This document shows positions 9,789-18,803 of a stretch of DNA of 64,000 nt, in pieces (positions within the stretch are counted from its first letter, which is position 1; every line of letters begins with the position of its first letter). The DNA lies in NCBI GenBank assembly GCA_015233495.1, contig JADFXQ010000002.1, positions 34,390 through 98,389 of the forward strand, read 5' to 3'. This DNA is from Candidatus Omnitrophota bacterium (GTDB taxonomy: Bacteria; Omnitrophota; Gorgyraeia; Zapsychrales; Zapsychraceae). The notes under the pieces were generated by a model that worked only from the letters and a program-made list of their open reading frames with translations, had not been told where the DNA came from and searched no databases. Made by a program: the position numbers and the translations under genes.

Positions 9789-10792
9789 AGAAAAAAATTT
9801 ATATCATTGCGGAAGCCGGGGTGAATCACAACGGGAATATGGATATCGCCCGCAAAATGATTGATGCGGCAGCCGCGGCGCAAGCCGACGCGGTAAAATT
9901 TCAAACCTTTCGCGCCGTGAATCTGCTTTGCCCGTCCGCTCCGAAAGCGGCTTACCAGATGCAGACAACCCATCCGGAGGAATCACAATGGGACATGATC
10001 AAGGCCTTGGAACTTTTGCCGAGCGATCACCCAATATTATTGCAGCATTGCCGCGCGGCCGGCATTACGTTTCTTTCTTCGCCGTTTGATTTGCCCAGCA
10101 TCGCGTTGTTAGCGGGACTCGGGCTGGATATTTATAAGATTCCTTCGGGTGAAATTACTAATTTGCCGTATTTACGGCAAGTGGGTCAGCTGGGGAAACG
10201 GGTGATTTTATCCACGGGCATGGCCACGCTCGCGGAAACAGCGGCAGCCATCGACGTTTTGACCCAAGCCGGGACAAAGCGGGACGATATCACCGCGCTG
10301 CACTGCACGACAGAATACCCGACGCCGTATGGTCAAGTCAATTTAAAAGCGATGCTTACGCTCAAAGAAAAATTGGGCGTGGCGGTGGGGTATTCCGATC
10401 ACACGCTGGGGATTGAGGTGGCAGTGGCGGCCGCGGCCCTCGGCGCTACGGTGATTGAAAAACATTTTACCCTAGATCGGACCATGCCGGGACCGGATCA
10501 TCCGGCTTCATTGGAACCGCAGGATTTGCGGCGTTTGGTGGAAGCGGTCCGCAATATTGAACTCAGTTTGGGCGATGGGATAAAACGGATGTCCGCGGTA
10601 GAGGAAAAAAATGTGACCGTGGTCCGCAAAAGCATTGTCGCCGCGCAAAAAATTATCCGGGGCGAGGTGTTTACCGCCGAAAATTTAACGACGAAACGGC
10701 CGGGAACCGGGTTAAATCCGATGCGCTGGGATCAGGTGATCGGCCGGACGGCGAAACGCGATTTTCAACCGGATGAATTGATCGAATTATGA
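9785..10792 (+). CDS. neuB: N-acetylneuraminate/legionaminate synthase with C-terminal SAF domain
   Basis: IIAEAGVNHNG, KIPSGEITN, HCTTEYP, GYSDHTLG, IEKHFTLD, KRPGTG. Confidence 0.95.
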   Translation: MKKKIYIIAEAGVNHNGNMDIARKMIDAAAAAQADAVKFQTFRAVNLLCPSAPKAAYQMQTTHPEESQWDMIKALELLPSDHPILLQHCRAAGITFLSSPFDLPSIALLAGLGLDIYKIPSGEITNLPYLRQVGQLGKRVILSTGMATLAETAAAIDVLTQAGTKRDDITALHCTTEYPTPYGQVNLKAMLTLKEKLGVAVGYSDHTLGIEVAVAAAALGATVIEKHFTLDRTMPGPDHPASLEPQDLRRLVEAVRNIELSLGDGIKRMSAVEEKNVTVVRKSIVAAQKIIRGEVFTAENLTTKRPGTGLNPMRWDQVIGRTAKRDFQPDELIEL

Positions 10793-11673
10793 GAATTCTT
10801 TTTATCGGAAACGTCATTTTTAGCCGGAAGACTTTGGAAAAACTTTTGCGGTTGGGCGCGGATGTCGTGGGGGTTGTGACGAAAAAGTCTGCGGCGTTTA
10901 ACGCGGATTTTTGTGATTTGGGGGATGTCGCCGCCGTACACGGTTTGCCGCTGTTCTATGCCGAAGATTTCAATGCCGGGTCTACGGAAGAATGGATACG
11001 GCAGCAAAAACCGGAGGTGATTTTTTGTTTCGGCGTTTCCCAGCTTTTGCGGACTAATTTATTAACTGCGGCGCCTTTGGGAGTCATCGGCTATCATCCG
11101 GCGCTTTTACCCGCGAATCGGGGCCGCCATCCGCTGATTTGGGCGTTGGCTTTGGGACTGCCGCGCACGGGCTCAACTTTTTTTTTCATGGACGAAAAAG
11201 CGGACAGCGGCGATATCCTTGACCAGGAAATTGTGCCGATTGCGTATGAAGATGACGCCGGGACTTTGTACGCCAAGATAACGCAGACGGCGCTGGGACA
11301 GATCGAACGATTTTTGCCAAAGCTGGCTTCGGGGAATTTCCCGCGTTTACCGCAAGACCGGGCAGAGTCAAATGTTTGGCGTAAACGCGGCCGGGACGAC
11401 GGGAAGATCGTTTTTTCCGCTGGTTCGCGCGCAATTTATAATTTGACGCGCGCTTTGACCCGGCCTTATGTTGGCGCGCATGTTCTTTATCGGCAAGCCG
11501 AATTTAAAGTTTGGCAGACGCGGGAGTTGTCAGCCGGAGGAGCTAACGATGAGTTCGGCAAAATTTTAGCGGTGCGCGGCACGGAGATCGTTGTGCGTTG
11601 TCACGACGGAGCAGTGGGGTTGTTGGAACACGAGTTGTCAACTTTACCGAAACCAGGAGAATATTTCTTATGA
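10789..11673 (+). CDS. Formyltransferase (Fmt-like, probably sugar N-formyltransferase)
   Basis: GYHPALLPANRGRHP, DSGDIL, RALTRPYVGA; translationally coupled within the sugar cluster. Confidence 0.85.
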   Translation: MRILFIGNVIFSRKTLEKLLRLGADVVGVVTKKSAAFNADFCDLGDVAAVHGLPLFYAEDFNAGSTEEWIRQQKPEVIFCFGVSQLLRTNLLTAAPLGVIGYHPALLPANRGRHPLIWALALGLPRTGSTFFFMDEKADSGDILDQEIVPIAYEDDAGTLYAKITQTALGQIERFLPKLASGNFPRLPQDRAESNVWRKRGRDDGKIVFSAGSRAIYNLTRALTRPYVGAHVLYRQAEFKVWQTRELSAGGANDEFGKILAVRGTEIVVRCHDGAVGLLEHELSTLPKPGEYFL

Positions 11674-12338
11674 AAAAAGTCCTTGTTGTCGCGGTGCATC
11701 CGGATGACGAAACTTTGGGGTGCGGGGGCACGCTGCTGCGGCACAAAGCTGCCGGGGACGCGGCAGCGTGGCTGATCGTGACCAGCGCTTTGACTGAGCA
11801 AGGATATGCTTCCGCAGAGGTTGACCGGCGCGCCCGGGAAATCGCCGCGGTCGGGCAAGAATATGGTTTTTCGTTGACCGAACAGTTGGGGTATCCAACC
11901 AAAAAATTGCGCACAGTGGGGGAGCATGAATTGATCGACCGGTTTTCGCGGATTCTGAAACAATGGGAGCCGCAGATAGTTTATCTTCCTTTTGCTCAAG
12001 ATGTGCATGGGGACCACCGGGTGGCTTTTACGACGATGTTTAGCGCCTTAAAATCTTTTCGGGCGCCTTTTGTGGAAAAGGTTTACATGATGGAAACCAT
12101 CAGTGAAACCGAGTTTGCCCCGGCATTACCCGGCAAGGGTTTCACGCCGAATGTTTTTGTGGATATCAGCGCTGTGTTGGATTCGAAAATGCGGATCATG
12201 AATTTATATTCCGCTGAGATGGGGGCGCATCCCTTTCCGCGCAGTGTGGAGCATATCCGGGCGCTTGCTTTACACCGCGGGGCTACCTGCGGTCGGACTT
12301 TCGCGGAAGCATTTATGTTACTAAAGGAAATATGGTGA
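11670..12338 (+). CDS. PIG-L/LmbE family N-deacetylase
   Basis: AVHPDDETLGCGG, DVHGDH, AEAF C-terminus. Confidence 0.88.
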   Translation: MKKVLVVAVHPDDETLGCGGTLLRHKAAGDAAAWLIVTSALTEQGYASAEVDRRAREIAAVGQEYGFSLTEQLGYPTKKLRTVGEHELIDRFSRILKQWEPQIVYLPFAQDVHGDHRVAFTTMFSALKSFRAPFVEKVYMMETISETEFAPALPGKGFTPNVFVDISAVLDSKMRIMNLYSAEMGAHPFPRSVEHIRALALHRGATCGRTFAEAFMLLKEIW

Positions 12339-13507
12339 AAAGAAAAATTTGTGTCTTTACGGGATCGCGGGCGGAATACGGATTGCTGTTCCCTTTATTG
12401 AACCTCTTGCGCGGCGACCAGGATTTTGTTTTGCAATTGATGGTATCGGGGATGCACGTAGCGGCGCAGTTTGGCGACACTTACCGGGCGATCGCCGCTG
12501 ACGGGTTTCCGATTCGCGCGAAAATCGACATTGAACTTTGCTCGGATACTCCGCCGGGTATTTGCCGCTCCATCGGTTTGGGCGTCGAACGGTATGCCGC
12601 GGCTTTGGCGCGGCTGCGGCCGGAAGTGATCGTGATTTTGGGCGATCGGTTTGAGGCGTTTGCCGCGGCTACCGCCGCCATGGTGGCCCGGATCCCTATC
12701 GCGCATATTCATGGCGGGGAAGCGACCTGGGGTTCGATCGACGAACCTATGCGCCACGCGATAACTAAAATGAGCGCGCTGCATTTTACTTCCACGGAAG
12801 AATATCGCCGTCGGGTGATTCAATTGGGAGAAAGACCCGGCACCGTATTTAACGTCGGAGCTTTGGGAATTGACAACATTCGGTCGATGGATTTGTTGTC
12901 CAAAGAGGATTTCGCGAAAATGCTGGGCGTGGGTTGGCGCGACAAAAATCTTTTGGTCACTTTTCATCCGGTCACTTTAGAAAAGGGCCAAGCGGCCTCT
13001 CAGATCGGGGAGTTGCTGGCGGCTTTGGAATCTTTTCCGGATATTTTCGTGATTTTCACCAAAGCCAACGCGGATACGGAAGGACAGGTTATCAATCAAA
13101 GGATTGCGGTTTACGCGCGGCGGCATCGGGACCGTTGTGCGGTGTTTGCGTCTTTGGGCCAGCGCAATTATTTGTCTGCTTTGCGGCAGGTCGACGGGGT
13201 GGTAGGCAATTCATCGAGCGGGATCATTGAAGCGCCCAGTTTTCAGATCGGGACGATCAATATCGGCGATCGTCAGCAAGGCCGCGTGCAAGCCCGCAGC
13301 GTAATCAATTGCCCGCCGCGTCGGGAGTCGATAGTCAAGGCTTTGCGGAAACTGTACACCCGAAAATTTCAAGCGGAATTGAAGTCGGTAACCAATCCCT
13401 ATGACCGCGGCGGGCCGGCCCGTCAAATCTGGGCGGTGTTGCGCCGGGTCCGGGAATTCAATCTGAAAAAAGTTTTCTATGATCTGCCAAATCGGGGGGA
13501 ACAATGA
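12332..13507 (+). CDS. neuC: Hydrolysing NDP-sugar 2-epimerase (NeuC/LegG)
   Basis: TGSRAEYG, LGDRFE, HIHGGE, DEPMRHAITK, FHPVT, GNSSSGIIEAP, IGDRQQGR. Confidence 0.95.
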   Translation: MVKRKICVFTGSRAEYGLLFPLLNLLRGDQDFVLQLMVSGMHVAAQFGDTYRAIAADGFPIRAKIDIELCSDTPPGICRSIGLGVERYAAALARLRPEVIVILGDRFEAFAAATAAMVARIPIAHIHGGEATWGSIDEPMRHAITKMSALHFTSTEEYRRRVIQLGERPGTVFNVGALGIDNIRSMDLLSKEDFAKMLGVGWRDKNLLVTFHPVTLEKGQAASQIGELLAALESFPDIFVIFTKANADTEGQVINQRIAVYARRHRDRCAVFASLGQRNYLSALRQVDGVVGNSSSGIIEAPSFQIGTINIGDRQQGRVQARSVINCPPRRESIVKALRKLYTRKFQAELKSVTNPYDRGGPARQIWAVLRRVREFNLKKVFYDLPNRGEQ

Positions 13508-14562
13508 TCAGTGATATTTTTATTCCCAAAAATATGATTTTAAAACAGGCCATGCGGCAAATGGACAAAGGCGGACAGCGCATCCTTTTTGTTGTCGACG
13601 GACAGGGCCGGCTGATCGGCTCTTTGTCCGATGGGGATATCCGCCGGGGGATCATCAAGAACCACGACCTGAATGATTCGATCGCGACAGTCTATAATTC
13701 GCGGCCGTTTTTTTCCGCCCAGCCTTATGATTTGGAAAAGGTCAAAGCGGCGATGGTGACAATGAAAATTGAGCGGGTCCCGGTAATCGACGAGCACCGC
13801 CGCATCGTTGCCGTATTGAAATGGGAAGATTTGTTTGGCGGAAACCGGCCGGTAAAAGATAAACTCTCGATACCGGTAATGATCATGGCCGGTGGGAAAG
13901 GGACCCGTTTAGACCCGGTCACCCGGATTCTCCCCAAACCTTTGGTGCCGATCGGCGAGCGCAGCATTATCGACATTATTATTGATAAATTTACCGAATA
14001 CGGCATGGAAGAATTTTATATCTCGATCCAGCATAAAGCCAAATTGATCAAGGCTTTTTTTGAAGAAAAAGACGTTGCTTATAAAGTGCATTTCATTGAA
14101 GAACAAAAACCTTTAGGCACTGCCGGAAGTTTGCGGCTGCTTTTAGGCCGGATCCGCGACCGGGTGTGGGTTTCCAACTGTGATATCATTATCGACGGCA
14201 ATTACGCGGAGATCGCCGACTTTCATTTAAAAGGCGGCTATGACCTGACGATTGTCGGTTCGTTTCGGCATTTTACCGTGCCTTACGGCATCTGCCGGAT
14301 TGCCGACGGCGGTGAACTGGAAGATATGATCGAAAAACCCGAATATGATTTTCTGGTGAACACTGGCATGGTGCTGGTGGAAAAGCGCGCTTTACGTCTG
14401 ATCCCCGCGAATCGGGAGTTCCATATACCGGATTTGATCGCCAAGATCAAGAAAAAGGGCGGCAAAGTCGGCGTGTTTCCGGTGAATGAGAAATCCTGGA
14501 TCGATATCGGTGAATGGGAAAAGTATAAACAGACCATGGAAGATTTTGAAAAAAAGATTTGA
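13504..14562 (+). CDS. CBS-domain nucleotidyltransferase (PtmE/LegX-like)
   Basis: SDGDIRR CBS pair, MAGGKGTRL, PKPL, PLGTAGSL, WIDIG. Confidence 0.9.
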   Translation: MISDIFIPKNMILKQAMRQMDKGGQRILFVVDGQGRLIGSLSDGDIRRGIIKNHDLNDSIATVYNSRPFFSAQPYDLEKVKAAMVTMKIERVPVIDEHRRIVAVLKWEDLFGGNRPVKDKLSIPVMIMAGGKGTRLDPVTRILPKPLVPIGERSIIDIIIDKFTEYGMEEFYISIQHKAKLIKAFFEEKDVAYKVHFIEEQKPLGTAGSLRLLLGRIRDRVWVSNCDIIIDGNYAEIADFHLKGGYDLTIVGSFRHFTVPYGICRIADGGELEDMIEKPEYDFLVNTGMVLVEKRALRLIPANREFHIPDLIAKIKKKGGKVGVFPVNEKSWIDIGEWEKYKQTMEDFEKKI

Positions 14563-14602
14563 TTCCGGCGGTTGACTCCGGCGGGGATCGAGGGAGATTG
14601 TT

Positions 14603-16324
14603 TTGAACAATTTACGCAAACTGTTTCACGCTACCCGGGACCTTTTTCAGCGTTATCCCGGGCATACGGTCCGATTTTTGCTCGGGAATATTCTGGCTTC
14701 CTGTTCGCAGATCGTTTCGATCGGCAGTTTATATCCCATCATTTACGTGATCCTGAACAAAAATGTCGGGAACGACAAGGTCGGACGGTTATTCAACACG
14801 GTTTTCGCCGCCCTCCACTGGGAGCCGAATTTGCTGAATTATTTGCTGCTCTTCACCGGGGTCAGTTTCGTGTCTACCGTGGTTTTTATTGCCGTGGAAG
14901 TCGATCAAAATCGTTTTTTGCGCCGATTGGAATATGACACCCGCAGCGAGCTCACCGCGAAAGTTTTGGGATCGGCCTGGTCATTTTTGCGGACTTTAAA
15001 CCACGGTCGTTTTGTCAATGTGGTGATGCGCGACGTGGAAAGTTATAAATTAGTGGTTAAATATATTTTTCTGGCCTTGGCTTCGTTTATCCAATTTGGT
15101 TTTTTTTCCGGGGCATTGTTTTATTTGAACGTGGGGTTTGCCGGCCTGAGTTTTCTTTTGATGGCCGGGGCTTATTGTTTTATTGTTCCGGTAATCAAAC
15201 AGGCGAATCACCTGGGTCACGCGACGACCCGGGCTTACGCGCGGCAAAATCATTTTTTAATCAGCGGCGCGAAAGGGTTTAAGGAAATCAAGGCCGGGGC
15301 TTTGGAAACTTATTTTATGAAATCCGTGCGGCCGATTTTTGAAAACGTCGCGGATCTTTATTTTCGCGGCATGACTTTGACTGCCGTGCAGGTGCGGCTG
15401 GGCGAATTTTTGGGATATTTGGTTATCGCGATTTTGTTGTTTGTCAGCATGACCTGGTTGGCGATGAACGTCAATGTGCTGTTTATCGCCTTGGTGGTAA
15501 TTTCTCGGATCGTTCCGATGCTGCGCGCTGGGATTCAAAACGTGCATATCGCGTACAGCAATCTGCCTTCTATGGACCGGATGTTGGAATTATCTCAAGA
15601 ATGCCTCCCGGAGCAAACCCGCAGCCGGGCGCTTGCCAAACCTCTGGAAGCCATCGTTTGGAAAGACGTCGGATTTTCTTACGACGGCCGGCAGTGGTTG
15701 TTCCGCCATTTGGATTGTGTTTTCCGTAAAGGAGATTTTTGGGTCATCACCGGAGAAACCGGCAGCGGGAAATCCACAGTGCTGGATTTGCTCAGCGGCA
15801 TTGTCGAAACTACTGAGGGCCGGGTAGAGTGCGATCAGATCGGCCTTAAAGAGATCCAACGCGCTTCTTTACAAAAACGCATCGCTTATTTAACCCAAGG
15901 AGCTTTTATTTTTGAAGGCACGATTTTAGAAAATATCACCTGGGGACATCCGGTTGTCGATCCCGTTCAATTGCGTGACGTGATCCAACGGGCGCAATTG
16001 GACTCGGTTGTGGCGGATAAATCATTGGATTTTCCGGTCACCGAAGGCGGATCCAATTTGTCCGGAGGCCAACAGCAGCGCATCATGATTGGCCGCACGC
16101 TTTTGAAAAATTGCGATTTCATCTTGATGGATGAACCCAGTTCGGCGTTGGATGAGGCGACCGCGAATAACCTGATGACAGCGCTGCTGCCGTTGAAAGG
16201 CCGGGTTGGTCTCATTATGGTCACACATCGCGGCGAGTTTGCGCGGCACGCGGATTATGTTTTTGCTTTTTCCGGCCAGGGAGTTAAAATCACCGCCAAC
16301 TCGGCCGCGGTTGGTCCGGGATAA
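14603..16324 (+). CDS. ABC transporter permease/ATPase fusion (PglK/MsbA-like glycan flippase)
   Basis: N-terminal TM helices, Walker A GETGSGKS, signature LSGGQQQR, Walker B ILMDE, VTH. Confidence 0.9.
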   Translation: MNNLRKLFHATRDLFQRYPGHTVRFLLGNILASCSQIVSIGSLYPIIYVILNKNVGNDKVGRLFNTVFAALHWEPNLLNYLLLFTGVSFVSTVVFIAVEVDQNRFLRRLEYDTRSELTAKVLGSAWSFLRTLNHGRFVNVVMRDVESYKLVVKYIFLALASFIQFGFFSGALFYLNVGFAGLSFLLMAGAYCFIVPVIKQANHLGHATTRAYARQNHFLISGAKGFKEIKAGALETYFMKSVRPIFENVADLYFRGMTLTAVQVRLGEFLGYLVIAILLFVSMTWLAMNVNVLFIALVVISRIVPMLRAGIQNVHIAYSNLPSMDRMLELSQECLPEQTRSRALAKPLEAIVWKDVGFSYDGRQWLFRHLDCVFRKGDFWVITGETGSGKSTVLDLLSGIVETTEGRVECDQIGLKEIQRASLQKRIAYLTQGAFIFEGTILENITWGHPVVDPVQLRDVIQRAQLDSVVADKSLDFPVTEGGSNLSGGQQQRIMIGRTLLKNCDFILMDEPSSALDEATANNLMTALLPLKGRVGLIMVTHRGEFARHADYVFAFSGQGVKITANSAAVGPG

Positions 16325-16356
16325 GCGCGGAAAATCAACCGGGAGAGGAAGAGTTT

Positions 16357-17886
16357 ATGGCTTTTAAAGTTATGTTAGTTTATCCCAATATGCGGGGCAT
16401 GAATATGCTGCCTCCGGCCATGGGACTGCTTTCCGCGGTTCTCAAACGGGCAGGGATAGAGGTGCGTTTATTCGACACTACTTATTATCAATCCGTGGAA
16501 GGCAAAGAAGTCGATTCCGACGGATCAAAATCCGACCGGCTGATGGCCCGGCCTTTTCAGATGCCCCATGAAGTCACTTGCAAAACTTCGAACTGTTTTA
16601 CGGATTTTCGCGCGGAAGTGCAGCGGTTTCTTCCCGATCTCATCGGTCTTTCGTGCACGGAAGATATGTTCAAATTGGGAGTGAAATTATTATCCCAGGT
16701 CCGCGATTTGGGGATACCGACCATCGCCGGCGGCGTCTTTCCGACGTTCGCGCCGGACATTGTGCTGAATCAGCCGGAAATTGATATCATTTGCCGGGGC
16801 GAAGGCGAAGATGCCCTGTTAGCGCTCTGCCAGAAGATGGAACGCGGGGAGTCCTATGACCACATCGCCAATCTGTGGATTAAAAAACCGGACGGCGCGG
16901 TCAAAAAGAATGCCACGGCGCTGATCGATATGAACGCTAACCCTTTGATCGATATGTCTATCTTTGAAGAGGCGCGGTTTTATCGTCCCATGGGAGGAAA
17001 AGTTTATAAGATGTTTCCGGTGGAAACTTTTCGCGGCTGCCCGAACACCTGCGCCTATTGCAATTCGCCGTCGCAAGTGCAATTTTACCGTCAAGAAACC
17101 GGACATTCGTATCTTAGGCGTAAATCATTTGAGAATTTGCGCCGGGAATTGAAATTTTACAAGGACGTCATGGCCGCCGAATATTTATATTTTTGGGCCG
17201 ATACGTTTTTGTCCTGGACCGAGCGGGATTTCGAGGAGTTCTGCGAGCTTTATCAGGAAATCCGGCTGCCTTTTTGGTGCCAGACCCGCACTGAAACGAT
17301 CACCAAGGAAAAAATAACCAAAATGAAAAACATCGGTTGTGCCCGTATGTCCTTCGGCATTGAACACGGCAATGAACAATTCCGGCAAAAGGTGCTGAAA
17401 CGATTGACTACGAATCAGATGATGCTGGAAAAATTCCGGATCATCGAGGAATCAGGTATACCGTTCAGCGTGAACAATATCATCGGCTTTCCGCATGAGA
17501 CGCGGGAATTGGCCTTTGACACGGTGCGTTTTAACCGGCAGATCAATGCCTGGGACCGCAATGCTTATCCGTATTCGCCTTTTCATGGCACGCCTTTGCG
17601 CGAGGAATGCGAACGGCTGGGATTCATCACGCACGCGGATATCGCCCAATCTTTTGTGGTGGACGGATCGATTTTGGATATGCCGCAGTTTCCCCGTAAG
17701 GAAGTGAATAATCTGGCTAAGACTTTCAATATGTACGTCAAATTTCCGGAGTCGCGCTGGCCGCAGATCCGGCAAGGGGAAGCAGAGACGGAAGAGGGTA
17801 GAAAAATTTATACGGCTTTGAAAGAGGAGTTTATCGCTAAATTTTGGTCGCGGGAACCCGCAGCGGCCGCGGGAGAGGAGGGATGA
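16357..17886 (+). CDS. B12-binding radical SAM protein
   Basis: AGGVFPT, RGEGED, RGCPNTCAYC (CxxxCxxC), FGIEHG, IIGFPHET. Confidence 0.9.
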   Translation: MAFKVMLVYPNMRGMNMLPPAMGLLSAVLKRAGIEVRLFDTTYYQSVEGKEVDSDGSKSDRLMARPFQMPHEVTCKTSNCFTDFRAEVQRFLPDLIGLSCTEDMFKLGVKLLSQVRDLGIPTIAGGVFPTFAPDIVLNQPEIDIICRGEGEDALLALCQKMERGESYDHIANLWIKKPDGAVKKNATALIDMNANPLIDMSIFEEARFYRPMGGKVYKMFPVETFRGCPNTCAYCNSPSQVQFYRQETGHSYLRRKSFENLRRELKFYKDVMAAEYLYFWADTFLSWTERDFEEFCELYQEIRLPFWCQTRTETITKEKITKMKNIGCARMSFGIEHGNEQFRQKVLKRLTTNQMMLEKFRIIEESGIPFSVNNIIGFPHETRELAFDTVRFNRQINAWDRNAYPYSPFHGTPLREECERLGFITHADIAQSFVVDGSILDMPQFPRKEVNNLAKTFNMYVKFPESRWPQIRQGEAETEEGRKIYTALKEEFIAKFWSREPAAAAGEEG

Positions 17887-18803
17887 TACCGGTGTTCGGA
17901 GATCTCGATTCGGTTTTAGAAAGGATTTTGTGCTGTCCCGCTTGCCGGGGCGGTTTGTGCCGCGTCCCGGAGGGGGTTTGCTGTCAGGACTGTCAAAAAA
18001 CGTATTTGTGGCGCGACGGTATTTTATGTTTTGATCAAGCCAATCCGGGCCAGCAACAGGAGAGCCAATTGCGCGAACAGGTAGCGGACCGCTACCGTTC
18101 GCTGTCTGCCAGGGAAATTTTGAAAGAAGTCGCGCTTTATCACTGTATTCCGGTGATGCGGGACCGGGCAGCCCGATTCCGCCGCGTTTTTTCCGAGCAA
18201 GAGTGGGTGATTGATATCGGCTGCGGCAATGGATATTATTGGGCGGGCTCGGCCGGCGCCAAACTGATCCTTTGTGATTTCGCTTTCAACAACCTGCTTG
18301 CCGCGAAAAAATTATTAAGCGGCCTGCCCGATGTTTTGTTGTTGAAGACCGACGCTTCGGGTCTTCCGCTAAAAGATAAAACGCTCAGCGGGCTTTGGAG
18401 CGTTCAGGTGACCCAGCATATGCCGCTGGAAGTTTTCGCGGAATTTCAGCGGGAAATCCAGAGGGTGCTGCTGCCGGAGTTTTGTTTGGAGATTTATAAT
18501 TTTAATCCGTCTTTATTGCATCGGACGGTTTTCAAATTATGCGGAAAAAAATTTCATTGCAAAGGCCAGCGCGGCCATTATTTGGAAAATAAGTTGAACG
18601 CTCGGGAATTGCTCGAGCTTTGGCGGGAATTTGCCGGCCGCAAACGTCGGGAAATTTTTTATAGTGAATACATTTTTCATCCTAATTTCCGGATGTTTCC
18701 CCAAGGCAAAGGCGCGCTTTTTGTGGAAAAGCTCTTAACCCCTTTTCCGGGGTTGACACAATATTTTGCGGAACAGATTGGGATCCGGATCAACGGGCGA
18801 TGA
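17883..18803 (+). CDS. SAM-dependent methyltransferase with N-terminal Trm112-like zinc module
   Basis: LCCPACRGGL...CQDC...DGI, VIDIGCGNG, DASGLPL. Confidence 0.8.
   Translation: MIPVFGDLDSVLERILCCPACRGGLCRVPEGVCCQDCQKTYLWRDGILCFDQANPGQQQESQLREQVADRYRSLSAREILKEVALYHCIPVMRDRAARFRRVFSEQEWVIDIGCGNGYYWAGSAGAKLILCDFAFNNLLAAKKLLSGLPDVLLLKTDASGLPLKDKTLSGLWSVQVTQHMPLEVFAEFQREIQRVLLPEFCLEIYNFNPSLLHRTVFKLCGKKFHCKGQRGHYLENKLNARELLELWREFAGRKRREIFYSEYIFHPNFRMFPQGKGALFVEKLLTPFPGLTQYFAEQIGIRINGR

Noticed and set aside
10789-11673. Housekeeping methionyl-tRNA formyltransferase (fmt)
   Set aside because: Lacks the typical GTP.F N-terminal motif, has no adjacent def, and is translationally coupled within the sugar cluster
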